DNA of 64,000 bases from the human T2T-CHM13v2.0 reference genome, Homo sapiens. Position 1 is the stretch's first letter. Every line of letters begins with the position of its first letter. The position numbers and the translations under genes were made by a program. Positions 13,346 to 30,192 of this stretch are shown piece by piece. The stretch lies in NCBI RefSeq assembly GCF_009914755.1, contig NC_060928.1; one strand, written 5' to 3'. The notes under the pieces are model-generated. The model was given only the letters and a program-made list of their open reading frames with translations, did no database searches and was not told the DNA's origin.

Positions 13346-13444
13346 GTTGATTTATACCAATTACAAGTAAATACACTTAGGAGATACAAAAGACACTTCA
13401 AGCTACCAACCAGACCAGGACTTAATAAAGCACAACTTGTTGAG
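13346..13444 (+). CDS. SAP30: SAP30 coding exon 3 (Sin3-binding domain)
   Basis: Acceptor TTTCTAG|GTT; [33 protein letters not shown]; donor GTATAT. Confidence 0.97.
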
Positions 13445-13691
13445 GTATATATGAGTTTTAAACTATTTGAACTATCTGCACAACCGAGAGGTTATTAAGT
13501 GCTAATGGAAGTTTTAATGTAGTGTATGTAACAGTACATTTTAATTAGAAAGAACAAAGTTAAAAAATCTGTTGTGGAAGAATCTAGTTGTGTAGAAATG
13601 TTTGTCTGCCACTTAGGAAATTCCTTTTTGTAATGACTGCTTAGTAGATTGTGTACAGCACCTTCTGATACTGGCTTTCAAAATGTGTTGA

Positions 13692-13997
<306 letters not shown>

Positions 13998-15163
13998 TGA
14001 ATGAGAGTTTTTTTAATCCTCACTTTAGAAATCTATTAATTTTAAAACTCCGTTTAACCAGTAAACATTTGAGCACCTAATTGAGGCATAATAAAATTAA
14101 TTAACAAGCTTTAATGTCCTTATTAGAATTTATATTTTAAAGTGGTGGAATAGGCCTACAAATCAGACCCTAAACAGTATTTTTATAATTTGCTGACTTA
14201 ACTATTTCAAAATTTGTCCTTGTTGATGTTTGTTTTATTAGAGACATCCATGTTTTTTTCACATCTAGAAGAGGCAAAAGCTTTTCTTTTACCCAAGCTT
14301 TTACTTGTAGTTTGCTTTGATAGAGGACTTCTAGTCAGTCACTGAGTTGTGAAAAGTTAACGGAGCATGCATATGTTTTCAGGATATAATAGAACCAAGA
14401 AATCTGTGCATCTTATTAAGATGTTTATAGATTTATATATATATATATATTTTAATCATATTTAAAATAAAAATTTTTACTTGCAGCTACTGAGGAGGAT
14501 TGATTAAGCCTAGGAGTTTGAGTCACCATGGGCAACATAGCAACACTCCATCTCTAAAAAAAGAAAATTTGGCCTACTAGACAAAATAGAAGTGTAGAAA
14601 TATAAATCAGTTTTCTCATATTCTTTGCATGGATTTAGTAGTTACCCAACATTTTCTAAAATGTGCCTATTGAATAAAATGAAATATGAATAGAAGTTAC
14701 ATTTATTTGGCAGAATGCTTTTTAACATTGTTAAAATCTAATATATTAACTATTTAGCTAAAATTTTTTATCCTTGGTTGGGCAACACAGATCTAATTAA
14801 TTTTTCTTTAATTTTGATTTAAAAGATCAAGTTCTTTTGGGGTTGTACAATACATTAATGTAACATAAATATAGTTATTGCCCACCATGATGAAATATTT
14901 CAATAGGTACTAATGGAGTGAAGGCACCCCTGTTTTGGGACAAATGAGAACCAAAGAACTGATTATTTTAAATGTTATATTTAGGTATAAATTAAACCTG
15001 TAATTTTTGATAAACTGACCTTCTAAGAACAGTTATATTATTTCCAGAGCTATTTTCTTTTTTATACATAAGAGATAGCCATGAGTGTTATATTTTACTT
15101 AATCAGAAATGCAGATATTAGCAAGTTAAGGAATGTGCAGATGTAGTACATATATTTTAAGAG

Positions 15164-15500
15164 AGGGGTCCCCAACCCCAGGGCCATGGACTGGTACTGG
15201 TTGGTGGCCTGTTAGGAACGGGTCCGCAGAGCAGGAGGTGAGCACCAGCTAGCAAGCATTACTGCCTGAGCTCCGCCTCCTGTCAGATCAGCCACAGAAT
15301 TAGATTCTCAGAGGAGTCCAAACCCTCTTGTGAAGTGCACATGTGAGGGATCTAGATTGTATGCTTGTTATAAGAATCTAATGCCTGATGATCTGAGGTG
15401 GAACAATTTCATACCAAAACCAACTCCGCCACCCTCAATCTGTGCAAAAATTGCCTTCCGTGAAATCTATCTCTGGTGCCAAAAAGGTTGGGGACCACTG
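15164..15500. mobile_element. MER1B-like hAT-Charlie element
   Basis: AGGGGTCCCCAACCCC...GGCCTGTTAGGAAC...AAAAAGGTTGGGGACCACTG inverted termini. Confidence 0.85.
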
Positions 15501-16009
15501 TTTTAAGGGAATCCAGGGTTGTATGACTAAGTCTTAAGTCTCTTAATTATTGTGTGGATGAACTTTTTTCTTAAGAAATTTTATTTTCTGGAATCTAAAT
15601 ATGCATGTCAGCACCCCAGGTAAGTCTATTATTCTTCTATTAGTAATTGTAGTATGCATGTTATGTTAGCACAATGAAAAGGCAAGGAAGCAGGTAAACA
15701 TCCTTCATTGAACATCCCTCTTTCTCCTCTCATTTCCATTCATAATTTTTATTCAGAAAAATTTTCAAGGAACCTTAACCAAAGAATGCTACCAAGGTGT
15801 GAATGAATGAATATAATTTGCAGCAAACAATTTATATGTTATTGTTGGTTTCTCTACTAGCAAAAGTTTTCAACTTCATACTTCTTTTTCTATCAGTAGA
15901 GTCTAAACCATTGCAGGTTTAATGATGCATGTGATCTCTTACATCTGTTTTATCTCATTTAAAGTTTAAAAGTAAAATCATTTATTCCCTATTCTAGATT
16001 CTAATTATA

Positions 16010-16345
<336 letters not shown>

Positions 16346-16615
16346 TAAAATAAATAAAAGGAAAATATATTTTCTAATCAATGTATATTAAATTGAGTGG
16401 GTCAAAGGGTCCTTTGAAATCACACTATCTCTTGTTCGTAACATTTTATTCTTGAATGCTTTCTGTCTTGTTGATATTTTGTTAAATATAATTTTTAAAG
16501 GAAATAGCCCTTATCACATAGCACTTTTTCTTTTGATGAAACCGTATTTTTTACGTAGTTTATGAAACCTGTTATATCTAAAATTTAATTTCCTTAATTT
16601 TTCTTTTCTTTGTAG

Positions 16616-16738
16616 ATAGTTGGTTGCCACTTTAGGTCTATTCCAGTGAATGAAAAAGACACCTTAACATATTTCATCTACTCAGTGAAGAATGACAAGA
16701 ACAAATCAGATCTCAAGGTTGATAGTGGTGTTCACTAG
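16616..16738 (+). CDS. SAP30: SAP30 coding exon 4 (last)
   Basis: Long pyrimidine tract then TGTAG|ATA; IVGCHFRSIPVNEKDTLTYFIYSVKNDKNKSDLKVDSGVH, stop TAG 16736-16738. Confidence 0.97.
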   Translation: MVGCHFRSIPVNEKDTLTYFIYSVKNDKNKSDLKVDSGVH

Positions 16739-16923
16739 GAGACGTGGAATTGAGACTAATAACTTGGATGTTAACACTGTTTACTGTTTTTTCACATGTA
16801 GAAATGTTCTTTGTGTATTTTTTCTACAGAGGATTTTCTCTGATTTTATTTTCTTTGTTTCTGACTCTAATAATTAGTTGGAAACTCATATAAAATGAGC
16901 TTTCCTAAATTAAATCTATTTTA

Positions 16924-16929
16924 AATAAA
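16924..16929 (+). terminator. SAP30: SAP30 polyadenylation signal
   Basis: AATAAA about 185 nt after the stop, followed by GT/T-rich downstream sequence. Confidence 0.8.
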
Positions 16930-18253
16930 GGTTATTACTATTATAGTTGCTTCAGTGTATTTATTTTGTGAAACTTGATTTTTCTTTTAAACTGACTAAG
17001 AGATCAGTATTGAGATTTTAATGTAAAGTCCTTCATTTTGTAATCCTTTTTTTTTTTTTTTTTAAACTTCCAAGAAATTAACAGGGTAAGGAGAAGTAAC
17101 AAATGTAGCACATTTGCATTCTCTGGGACAATCTGACTTGGAAGTGAAGATAATCTAAATAGCATTATTTTTTAAAGTGCTTTATAGGGCTAGCAAATTT
17201 GAAAAATAAACTTCTCTTGTAATGCAACTTCTTTTTTATTTCCTTTTTTTTGTTATTATTACTTGATGAAGTACTAGGAAGAACAAATGGTTTAATTTAT
17301 ATACCCACCTCCTTCCAAAGAAGACTTAATGTGCCAGCAAAGATAAACACAATGCTGAAAGTTGAAATAAGAGTATAAAATTAAATAGCTGTTTTTCAAA
17401 ATTTTGTCTTCGAGAAAAGATATTTATGTGGCATGAATATAGAAAGTACCTCTGCTATGCCCCTTAATTTTTAGTGATGTCCTGTACTGTTTACATTGCA
17501 AATTGTAACTAATAAGTTGGAGAGGTCTAGATATCTATCCAGATCTTCATTTAAATTTTGGTTATATATGGCTCTGACTTGATTTATATCTCCTTTTTAT
17601 GTTTCATTCTCTGTCAGTTTTCTATCAAACATTCTAAATCTCTGCTTTTCTTGAGATTATATTGTTTAGCTAAATTCTTATAATTACAAATCAAATTTAT
17701 AGCTTGTGACATAAAAAAACGAGCTTCAGCAAACTGTTCTGAGATAAAGCTGCAGATTTTAGGCTGGAAATGGATGAGACCATTAATGTAGCTCATGATT
17801 TCTCAAAGTTGACATTTGGACTTGTTAATTCTTTTTTTGTGTGAGGCCGTTCAGTCTATTGGAGGATTAGCAACATCCCTAAGTCCACTCAGTAGGTGCC
17901 AGTAGCTCCCCCAAGGTGTGACAACCAAAAGTTCCTCTAGACACTGCCAAACATACTTTGAGGGTCAAAAATCACAGCTAGTTGAGAACCACTGATGCAA
18001 CTAAAGTACTACATCTAAAGTACTAGTTCATTAGTAGGTGACTGTGCATATTTTCAAGTGTTCTTAATGTATTGACAGCTAGAAAATATAATGAAAAATA
18101 AAGCAACTGGTCGTTGGTTTTGCTATGACCATTTAAAGATTTACTTGCTACTTTATTGACAAGCAGAGTCTGTGATAATTGCTATTATAGAAACTTCTCA
18201 TTTCCGACATTCTGGAAATCTGTGAGAAGATTTCTTATAGAAACACATTTTGA

Positions 18254-18570
18254 GGCCGGGTACAGTGGCTCACACCTGTAATCCCAGCACTTTAGGAGAC
18301 CAAGGTGGGCAGATCGCTTGAGCCCAGGCATTCAAGGCCAGTGTTGGCAGAATGGCGAAACCCTATCTCCACAAAAAAATACAAAAATTAGATAGGCGTG
18401 GTGGCATGCATCTATAGTCCCAGCTACTTGGGAGGCTGAGGTGGGAAAATCACTTGAGCCTGGGAGACGGGCTGCAGTGAGCCACGATTGCAGCACCGCA
18501 CTCCAGCCTGGGCGTTGGAGTGAGACCCTGACTCAAAAAACAAAAGCAAAAACAAAACAGAAAACAAAAC
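18254..18570 (+). mobile_element. Alu (AluJ-like)
   Basis: GGCCGGGTACAGTGGCTCACACCTGTAATCCCAGC...(AAAAC)n tail. Confidence 0.93.
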
Positions 18571-19189
18571 AAGACCCATATTCTGTTCTTGTGAAAAAAA
18601 AAAACAACTTGAAATTATTTGCTGACATAAAAGTATGAACATAACCTTTGACTGGCAATGTTTATTTCATATAATTATTTGTATAATAAAATGTAGTTTT
18701 ATAAAATATGAAGAGTTCTGGATGGTAGTTATTAAATGAAATCAAATCCTTGTTAAAACAATTTAAAATATGAAAAATCAGTTCTTGTAAGTTGAGAACT
18801 TCCAGAACCTCACCAAAGCTGAGTAACTCAAGAAGCTGCAATGTAAAAGTCAGTTTTATATGAAAATTTCAGTTACCATTGGATTTTTTAAATGATGGAT
18901 TCATTAGAAACTATTTTTACTTATCTATATCTGAACAAAAAATGAATGGAAACTCATTTCTGTAAGGGTATAGATTACTTTTGATGTTAGAGCATTAAGA
19001 GAAGAATCTAAATTTAAATGCCACTAGAAGTAGGAGAAAAAGCATACTGAATGGATAGCAGGGGCTCAAAAAATAAGTTAGTTATTTGATTACTAGCTTC
19101 AAAAGAATAATTTTGGGAAAGGCCTAAAAATTAATGCCTGAAATACATGTCTTTACAAAAAATAAATTCTATGTTTTTCTACATGAAGT

Positions 19190-22100
19190 CTTAAAATTAA
19201 GAAACATAATAAAATATACAATTAATCATTTTAAAGTATACAATATGGTGGTATTCAATGTATTTGCAATATTGTATAACCAGCAGCTCTAATTTCAAAA
19301 CTTTCTTGTCACCCAACAAAAACAGCCATACATAGTCACTCCGCCTTCTTCCCTCTCCCTATTCCCTGGTAACCTCCATTCTGCTTTTTATCTCTATGGA
19401 TTTGCCTATTCTGGATATATTATAAGGGAATCATACAATGAAGTACTGCAAATTGGATGAACCTTGAAAACATGCCAAAAAGCATAATGCTAAAAAAGCA
19501 TGTTTTCAAGGTTCATCCAAGTTGCAGTACTTCCTTTTTCAGGCTGAATAGTATTCCATTGTATCTATTGAACACAGTTTATTTATCCATTTATTTGTTG
19601 ATGAACATTGGGTTTCTACCTTTGGCTATTATGAATAATGCTGCTGTAAACATTCATGTACGAGTTTTTCTGTGAACATATGTTTTCATTTCTCTTGGGT
19701 GTATACCTAGCAGTAGAACTGCTGGTACGTAAATAATTCTGTACTTAACTTTTTGAGGAACTTCCAATCTTTTCCAAGTTGCTATACTCTTTTACATTTC
19801 TACCAGCAATGTATAAAGGCTTCTATTCAATTCACTAACACTTGTATTTCATTAAAAAAAAAATTAAAGCCATCCTACTGGGTGTGAAGTGGTATCTCAT
19901 TGTGGATTTTATTTATATTTCCTTAATGATCAATTTTGTTGAATATCTTTTCATGTGCTCTTGGCCACTTATATATCTTCTTTGGAGAAGTGTTTATTCA
20001 AGTCCTTTTTATTCTTTTTTTTTTAGTTGGGTTGTTTTTTGTTGTTGAAATGTAGGACTGTTTATTTATTGTGAGTATTAAACCCTTATAAGATACATGA
20101 TTTGTAAATATTTTCTCTCATTCTGTAAGTTGCCTTTTCACAGTACTGATAATGTCCTTTGATGCACAAAAGTTTAAATTTTTACATAGTCCAATTTATC
20201 TATTTTTTCCTTTGTTGCTCATATTTTTGGTGTCAAAAGAATCCATTGCCAAAACCAACATCATAAACATTAATGTATATGTTTTCTAGGAGTTCTACAG
20301 TTTTAACTCCTAAATTTAGATTGTTGAACTGTTGTGAATCAATTTTTATACATGAATGAGGTAGGGGTCCAACTTCATTCTTTTGCATGTGATTAGCCAC
20401 TTGTCCAGTGTGATTTGTTGAAGAAACTATTTTTTCCCAACTGAATAGTCTTGACCCTCTTGAAATCAGTTGGCCATAGATGTTTATTTCTGCACTCTCA
20501 ATTCTATTCCATGATCTATGTATTTATTCTTATGCCAATACTATACTCTTGACTACTGTAGACTTGTAATAAGTTTTGAAATCAGGAAGTAGGAGTCCTT
20601 CTACTTTGTTTTTCTTTTTCAGTATTGTTTTGGCTGTTCAGAGCCCCTTGCTGTTCCATATGAATTTGAAGATTGGTTTTTTTCATTTTTTGCCCAAAAG
20701 GCTATTAGAATTTTGGTGGAGATTGCATTGAATCTATGGACCATTTTCAGATTGCCAGCTTAACAATATTAAGCATTCCAATCCATGATTGTGGGATATC
20801 TTTCCATTTTTTTAGGTCTTCTTTAATTTCTGCAGTGTTTTATAGTTTCCAGTGTACAAGTCTTTCACCTCTTGGTTAAATTTATGTTTATGTATTTTCT
20901 TCTTTTTGACACTATTATAATTGTTTTCTTAAATTCTTTTTTGAATCATTCATTAGAGGTGTGTGCTGATGCTGCCACTGTGCTGAATTGATCAGCTCTA
21001 GTAATTTTTTTTGTGTGTGTGTGGATTCCATGGGATTTTTCTATATATAGAATCATGTTATCTGCAAACAAAAATGGTTTTACTTCTTCCTTCCCAATTT
21101 GGATGCCTTTTATTTCTTTTCCTTGCCAAATTGCCCTGGCTACGATTTCCAGTACAATGTTAAACAGTAGTGGTGAAAGCAGGAATTGTTGTCTTGTTCC
21201 TTTTCTCAGGAGGAAAACTTTCAGTCTGACCATTCAGTGTGATGTTAGCTGTGGGTTTTCATAAATGTTCTTTGTCATGTTAAGGAAGTCCTCTTCTGTT
21301 GCTAATTTGCTAAATGTTTTTTTATCATGAAAGGGTGTTGAATTTAGTCAAATACTTTTAGTATTGAGATGATTTTTTTTTCCTTAGTAGTATTGAGATG
21401 ACTTTTTTTTTTCTTTAGTGTATATTACATTGACCTTCTTATGTTGAACCACCCTCGCATTTCTGGGATAAATCCCACTTGGTCATAGTGCATAATTTTT
21501 TTAATGTTCTGTGGGATTTGGCTTGTTAATATTTTGTTGACGGTGTTTGCATCTATACTCATAAGGGATATTGGTCTATATTTTTCTTATGGTATCTTTA
21601 TCTGACTTTGGTATCAGGATAATGCTGGCCTCATAGAATGTGTTAGGAAGTATTCTTTCCTCTTCTATTTTTGGAGATTTTTGAGTAAGAATGATATTAA
21701 TTCATCTTTAAATGTTTGACAGAACTTATGGGTGAACCTATATGGTCTAGGCTATTTCTTCGATGGAAGAGTTTTGACGGATTTAATCTTTTTACTTATA
21801 TAGGTCTTTTTGTTATATATAGGTCTGTTGAGACTTTGTGTTTCTTTTAAGTTATTTTTGGTAAGTCATGGAATTTGTCTATTTCACCTAGATTATCTAA
21901 CTTGTTGTCATACGAATTGTTCCTATAATTCTCTTATAATACTTTTAATTTCTGTAAGGTCAGCAGTAATATCCCTACCTTTATTTCTGATTCTACTTAT
22001 TTATGTCTTCTCTCTTTTTTCTTAGTAGTCTAGCTAAGGATTTATCAATTTTGTTGGTATTTTCTTTGATCTCATGGATTATATTTTTTTCTCTATTTCA

Positions 22101-22990
22101 TTTTTCTCTTTTCGGATCTTCATTATCTTCTGCTGGCTTTGGATTTAGTTTGCTCTTCTTTGTCTGTTTTCTTAATGTGTAAATTTAGGTTGATTTGATA
22201 TTTTTCTTTTTTAATGCAGGCATTTACAGCTGTAAATTTTTCTCTGAATACAGTTTTTCCTGCATTTTGTAAGTTTTGGAATGTTTGTTTTTGTTTTCAG
22301 TCATCTTAAATTATTATCTAATTTCTCTAGTGATTTATTCTTTAAACCACTAAAGAAAATTCACAAATACCTGGAACTAAGCAATATACTTGTTGTGAAG
22401 CAATATACTTTTTGTGAACAAGTATATTGCTTAGTTCCAGGTGTTTGTGAATTTTCTAGTTTTCCTTCTGTATTGATTACTCATTTTATTGTGGTTCAAA
22501 AAGATAGTATGTATCACCTTAGTCTTTTTAAGCTTATAGATAATTGTTTTATGGAAGAACATATAGTCTATCCTGAAGAATGTCCCATGTGTACTTGAGA
22601 AGACTGTATTCTGCTATTGTTGAGTGGAATGTTCTGTACGTGTCTCTGGGGTCTAGTTGGTTTTGTAGTATTGTTCAAGCCTCCTACTTCCTTATTGGTT
22701 TTCTTTCTACTTGTCTATCAATTGTGGAAAGTGAGGCATTAAGGTCTCCAACTATTATTGTAGAACTGTATATTTCTCCCTTCAGTTTTCTAAAGGTTTG
22801 TTTTATATATTTTCTGGCTGTCATATGGTGCATATATGTTTATAATTGTTATATCTTTTTGATAAATTGAAACTTAACAACATAAAATGTCCATCTTTGC
22901 TCTTGTAACATGTTTTTACTTAACATCTAATTTGTCTGTTATTAGTATAGCCATCCCAGCTTTTTTTTGTTTATAATTTGCACATATTTA
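19190..22990 (-). mobile_element. LINE-1 (L1M-type), ~3.8 kb degraded, 3' end at left
   Basis: T-rich + strand; ORF 20946-21233 (-) [48 protein letters not shown] is L1 ORF2 reverse transcriptase. Confidence 0.92.
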
Positions 22991-24609
22991 CATAACGTTT
23001 TAATAGTAAAATGCAGATTATGATATCTAAGCAAGTGATGGTGGTTCAAAATAAATTTTTGTCATGTTATTGTTTATTCATTTAGTGGAGTTATTTTTAA
23101 AATGTCAAGCAAGGTTTTTCTTATAAGCTAAAATAATAGATGCAGGAAAGCTAATATTCAGAGGAAAATTTGCTGTTTTTATACTTATATGTATATTTTT
23201 AAGGGTTAATATTGCTTACTATAGAATTTATTCCTTTGTGATTATGAATTCCTTGCATTTCTTTCTAGCTAAGAGTTGATGCTTGCTGTACACTTGAGTT
23301 TATTGTGTGTATCTTGTCCTAGTTGCATTAATAGTCTACACAGTCAACTATAGTTCTCAAATAATAGTCATATTAATTGCTACCAGATTATTACATATAT
23401 GAATATATATTTTATATATAGTATATATATGTATTTATGTATATATACTTTAATGATACTAAATGTAGATATCAAGTCAGCTTTTTATACATTATATCCA
23501 ATGGACTTTTCATTTGACTTCTTAACCTCTGAAAATGTAGATCACATAAACTCTTGAAAATATACTATGGCTTTTAAAGTTCTTAGAATATATCAGGTAA
23601 GTATATTCTACACATTTTTCTCTAGATATACCACCATACAAAGATGAGCATTTTATGGTGATACCATTGCATAGAAGTAAATTTAGTATCAATTTACTTT
23701 AGTTTTCTAATATCAGTTTCTCTTCAAATTTTTGAGAGAAAAGTTTAGGCTTAGACTGTCAATGCAAGATTGATTTAGAAATACATGAATTTGATTTTTT
23801 TCCTTTTGGGAAAATTATTTTGAAGCCTGTAGTGCTTTACTTATAGAGAGTTTTATATTTTAAAAACACCTGCTATAATATTTTACAAAAAATGATTTAT
23901 TATGGAAATAACTTACATGTACCTTTTGATAATTATAAGGACATTAAAGTCACAAAGTGATCTGTGAATGTTCCTACCTTGTCTTTTTTTTCCCCCAATA
24001 GTTGTTGCTCATTGTTTTGGTTCTCCATCTTCCTTCCAATTCTCTAATAATCCTTTAGGATCAGTACCTAATCCCAGCAAACAAAAATATTCAACAAGTC
24101 TCTGCGAATTACGATGAAGAAAAGATGAATTTTAATTAAAAAGAGGTGAGCTATTAATATGTATTACTGTCAACTTTGTGCTCAGTAACGTGGGATTCAC
24201 AGTAAGAACAATGATATAGAAAGTCAAAGATAACAATACAGAAATACTTGTTCAGTAAGCTTTTAGCATATATGAGCTATCTGAAATGTACAATTGTGTG
24301 TCCTATCCATGTAAAAGTTTGCCTTTCTGTAAAGGAAATAATGCATTAGGTAATGCTGTTAAACAACATAGTGGTTAAGACTCTAGATGCTAGTGTAAGA
24401 CTGGCCATATTCAAAATCTGGCTCAATTGCTCACTGATAATGTAAACTTAGACAAACTACTTAATATCTTTAAACCTTAGCTTTTTTGTCCATAGAACAA
24501 GGATAATATCAGTACCTATCTCATTCAGTTGCTGCAAGATGGTGTTTAGAAGAATAATAAAATTTTAATAAAAGCTTAGTTGTCTTATAACTAAAATCTA
24601 TTGGAAAAA

Positions 24610-24892
24610 CTCATGCCTGTAATCCTAACACTTTGGGAGGCCAAGGCAGGCAGATCATTTGAGGCCAGGAGTTGGAGACCAGCCTGTCCAACATGGCAAA
24701 ACCTCATTTCTACTAAAAAATACAAAAATTAGCTGAGCATGGTGACAAGTGCCTGTAGTCCCAGCTACTCAGGAGGTTGAAGCACAAGTATCACTTGAAC
24801 CTGGGAGGCAGAGGTTGCAGTGAGTCAAGATTGTGCCACTGTACTCTGGCCTGGGTGACAGAGTGAGACTCAGTTTCAAAAAAAAAAAAAAA
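24610..24892 (+). mobile_element. Alu (AluS-like, slightly 5'-truncated)
   Basis: CTCATGCCTGTAATCC...GACAGAGTGAGACTCAGTTTC-poly(A). Confidence 0.92.
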
Positions 24893-25359
24893 TCTATTGT
24901 TTTTAAAAATGCATTGACCAAGTTAGAGAAATAGTTATATAAGGTAAGTTGTGTGAATGTATGTTTTTACATTTATTTTGTAATATAAAGAAGGCTGTGT
25001 ACTTGTATAATGCATTCATTTCTAAAAGAAATAACTGAATTTCATATTTTCAGAAAGACATTATGATGAATAATTTATAAAATTTTATTTATTAAATATT
25101 TAGCTTTGTTAGATACAATTTTTCTTACCAGGCTTTGATTGCAGTAGTAAGGGAACGTTTACTAAAAAGCCGTTGTTGTCTCACATATGTCCTTATGCTG
25201 ATGTGTCATTTGTAAATGGAGACACTGGATCTTTAATGCTTTTTCCCCCTCAAGGAGAGTTCCTACCAAGTAGAAAATAAAACTGGTTTGCTGATAGTTT
25301 TTTTAAATTTACCTATTCTATGCATTGTTCCAGAATGGATATGAAACTTTCATTATTGA

Positions 25360-25854
<495 letters not shown>

Positions 25855-26754
25855 GTGTTTATATACACTTTAAGACACTGAATTGTGACTACCTCAAAAT
25901 TGTTTGGTCCAGCCCAGTAACACTTATTTACACAGATTAGATACCAGACACTGTTTTGGGTGTGGTCTTTCAGCCCAGTAACACTTACTAAACACAGATT
26001 AGATACCAGATACTGTTCTGGGTGTGGTCTCCAGAAACAGATCAGGGACCTCCAAGGATATATTTTAATGAAATAATGTCACTTTTATTCATAAAATGAT
26101 ATCTCCCAGATTGCCTGTGTGGTATGGTGTCTCTCAAACATTTCCCCACAATACTTTGTATGGCACCCTATACTTCTCTGTAGCAGGCTTCACATTTATA
26201 AATAATTACTTGTTTATAGCAATCACACCTTTGTTAGAGCACAAGTTCCAAGAAGATAAGTCCATTTTATTCATTACTGTATGCCCAGATCTTAATAATG
26301 GCTGGCACTTAGCAGGCTTTGAATACATTTTTATAACATGAAAGACTTTCTGACATTACCTCTGATGGCAATATGAGTCACATACCTCTTAAGTTATGGG
26401 GCATAATCCAAAGCTGTCTCCTCTAACAATCAGAAAATACCTTTGAAGTTCCCTGTTTTATTTACTTTTAAAATGTATGATACTTTTAAATTCTCATCCA
26501 TTATGTTTCTTTTAATGTGTGTTTTGTTATTCTTAAAAATGGATACTTTAGGAAATGTATCATGGTTTTAAGGATACATCTGTGTGTGGCATATGGGCTT
26601 TGGAATTGGAACTCTTTTGAAAATCTGCCTTGATTTTTAGCAAATATCTTAAACTTGAGTTAGCAGCTGAAAAATGGGGCTGAGAATATTTACCTTGAAG
26701 GCTTTTGTTGTTGTTTTTTAAGAGAGTAAAATGAAATGTGCTTAAAGTTCTTGG

Positions 26755-27326
<572 letters not shown>

Positions 27327-27586
27327 CCCTTTTTCCTTCTTACTAGAAAATTTCTAGCTCCCTTCCAAGAATCTCAGCTTATACCTGGTTCTTCCAATAT
27401 GTGGTTAATAACTGTCAACTAAGGACTGAAAGTATTTTCAATCCTTGAGCCATGCCTATGGCTCTTCATCTGGGGGACAGAACTCTTTAACTGAGTATAA
27501 TGAACACCTCATAGATTACATTTTCTAGGCAAAATTTTTAACCAATGCCAACAATGTCCACAGAGAAAAATTAGATTGAATTAACT

Positions 27587-27592
27587 TTTATT
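27587..27592 (-). terminator. SCRG1: SCRG1 proximal polyadenylation signal
   Basis: TTTATT on + (AATAAA on -) about 160 nt after the SCRG1 stop. Confidence 0.75.
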
Positions 27593-27749
27593 ACTACTTG
27601 TTTAACACAGATTTACTTGTCTTAGACAAGTAAGAATTTATAGAATCTATGCTCTATTGCACTATATAGAAACTAGAAATGCAGTTATACTGATGTAGTG
27701 CAGTTTGTGGGAAATCAGGAATGGTGTTCTCCAGAATACATGAAGATTC

Positions 27750-27851
<102 letters not shown>

Positions 27852-28589
27852 TTAGTTAGTCTATTCTAGGTTAAAAATAGACAGTGATTTCCAGGATTTC
27901 AGTTATGATTATTCTTTTTAGGTGACTAAAATGTAAAGAGATGAGTGGGAGGACTTGCCACAGAAGCAACAAAGACCGAGAAGGTAATCGATTTGTCTAC
28001 TTTCCCCGCATTTGCCATTGATATCATGCTATCATTTACGAAGAAAAAGAAATATTAGGTAATTTCAAAACTTTATGGTCATGTATACAATTTCATGTCT
28101 CTTATATGAGGATAGGCCATGAAGTTTAAATCTGCAGTTAGGAAACAGAAGATTCAACATTTCTTGTTTATTAAATAAATTTCTAGGTTTTATGGGGAAA
28201 GGAGAAATGTTACAAAGCTACTTAACTTTCCCTGGTTGAAAAGATCACATAAAGTAATATATAAAAATGCATGGAATAATACAAAATTATATACAAATGC
28301 AAGGTGATATTATAATTATGGCTTATTAGAAATATACTTAGCAGTATTTCTCTTTGATTTTCCCAAAATCAAGTATACCCACACTGCTGTTCTCATCCCT
28401 TAACAGACATAATCACAAAATTATATCATAATATAAATGTAAGTCCATTTCAGTAAACTGTTTTCAAGTCATACAAAAAAAAAGCAAACATGGCATTTTA
28501 ATATTAGTTGGCATTTCATTTATGTAGTACAGGAAAAACTGTCACTTCATGAGATTAATTAACTCAAGTTCTTGGCATCATTGTTTAGT

Positions 28590-29113
<524 letters not shown>

Positions 29114-29444
29114 CTGGCTTGGTAGAAGAAAAATCTGTTCTTAATCAGAACACGTGGGTTCTAATCCCAGTGTTGATATTAGCTAGTTATGTGGGATAGT
29201 ACTGGTCACTTCAACTCTGCACCTTTCCTTGGTAAGATGGTTATATCTACCTTTTCTATTTCACAGATTTCTTAGAAGGATGAAAATATGATGACATCTG
29301 TTGAAAGTAATTTGAAAAAGCTAATTTCAATATGAAATATCCAAGACCATGGGATTTGAAAGATTCCTCAATAACCAGGGGGAAATGATTTTAAAATCAA
29401 GAACTAAAAATATTTATGAATTTATCTACCATCATTTTATGCCT

Positions 29445-29652
29445 TTTTTTGTTTGTTTGTTTTTTTGAGATTAAGTCTTGCTTTGTCGCCCAGGCTGGAG
29501 TGCAATGGCACGATCTAGGCTCACTGCAACCTCCTCCTCCTGGGTTCAAGTGATTCTCCTGTCTCAGCCTCCCAAGTAGCTGGGATTACAGGCATGTGCC
29601 ACCATGCCTGGCTAATTTTTTTTGTATTTTTGTAGAGACAGAGTTTCACCAC
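29445..29652 (-). mobile_element. 5'-truncated Alu
   Basis: Right arm plus a short part of the left arm, ending at TTTCACCACG. Confidence 0.9.
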
Positions 29653-29856
29653 GTATACTTGTATTTTAAGTACAAAACGATAGTAGATAAATCAATAAAT
29701 ATTTAAGCTTAAAATATAAATAGAAAACAATGGTAGATAAATTGTCTTGAACTTCTATCTAGTTCATTTCTGGTTAACTTATACATAGAGCTAGAAATTT
29801 ATTTTTGACCGTTACTAAACTTTTCTGTTCAGTTAATTACTTGATCCATTCACTGA

Positions 29857-30192
<336 letters not shown>

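Noticed and set aside
20946-21233. Reverse-transcriptase-like ORF as part of a novel RT system
   Set aside because: Ordinary degraded L1 ORF2 fragment with a mutated FADD motif (FADN) inside a 3.8 kb L1
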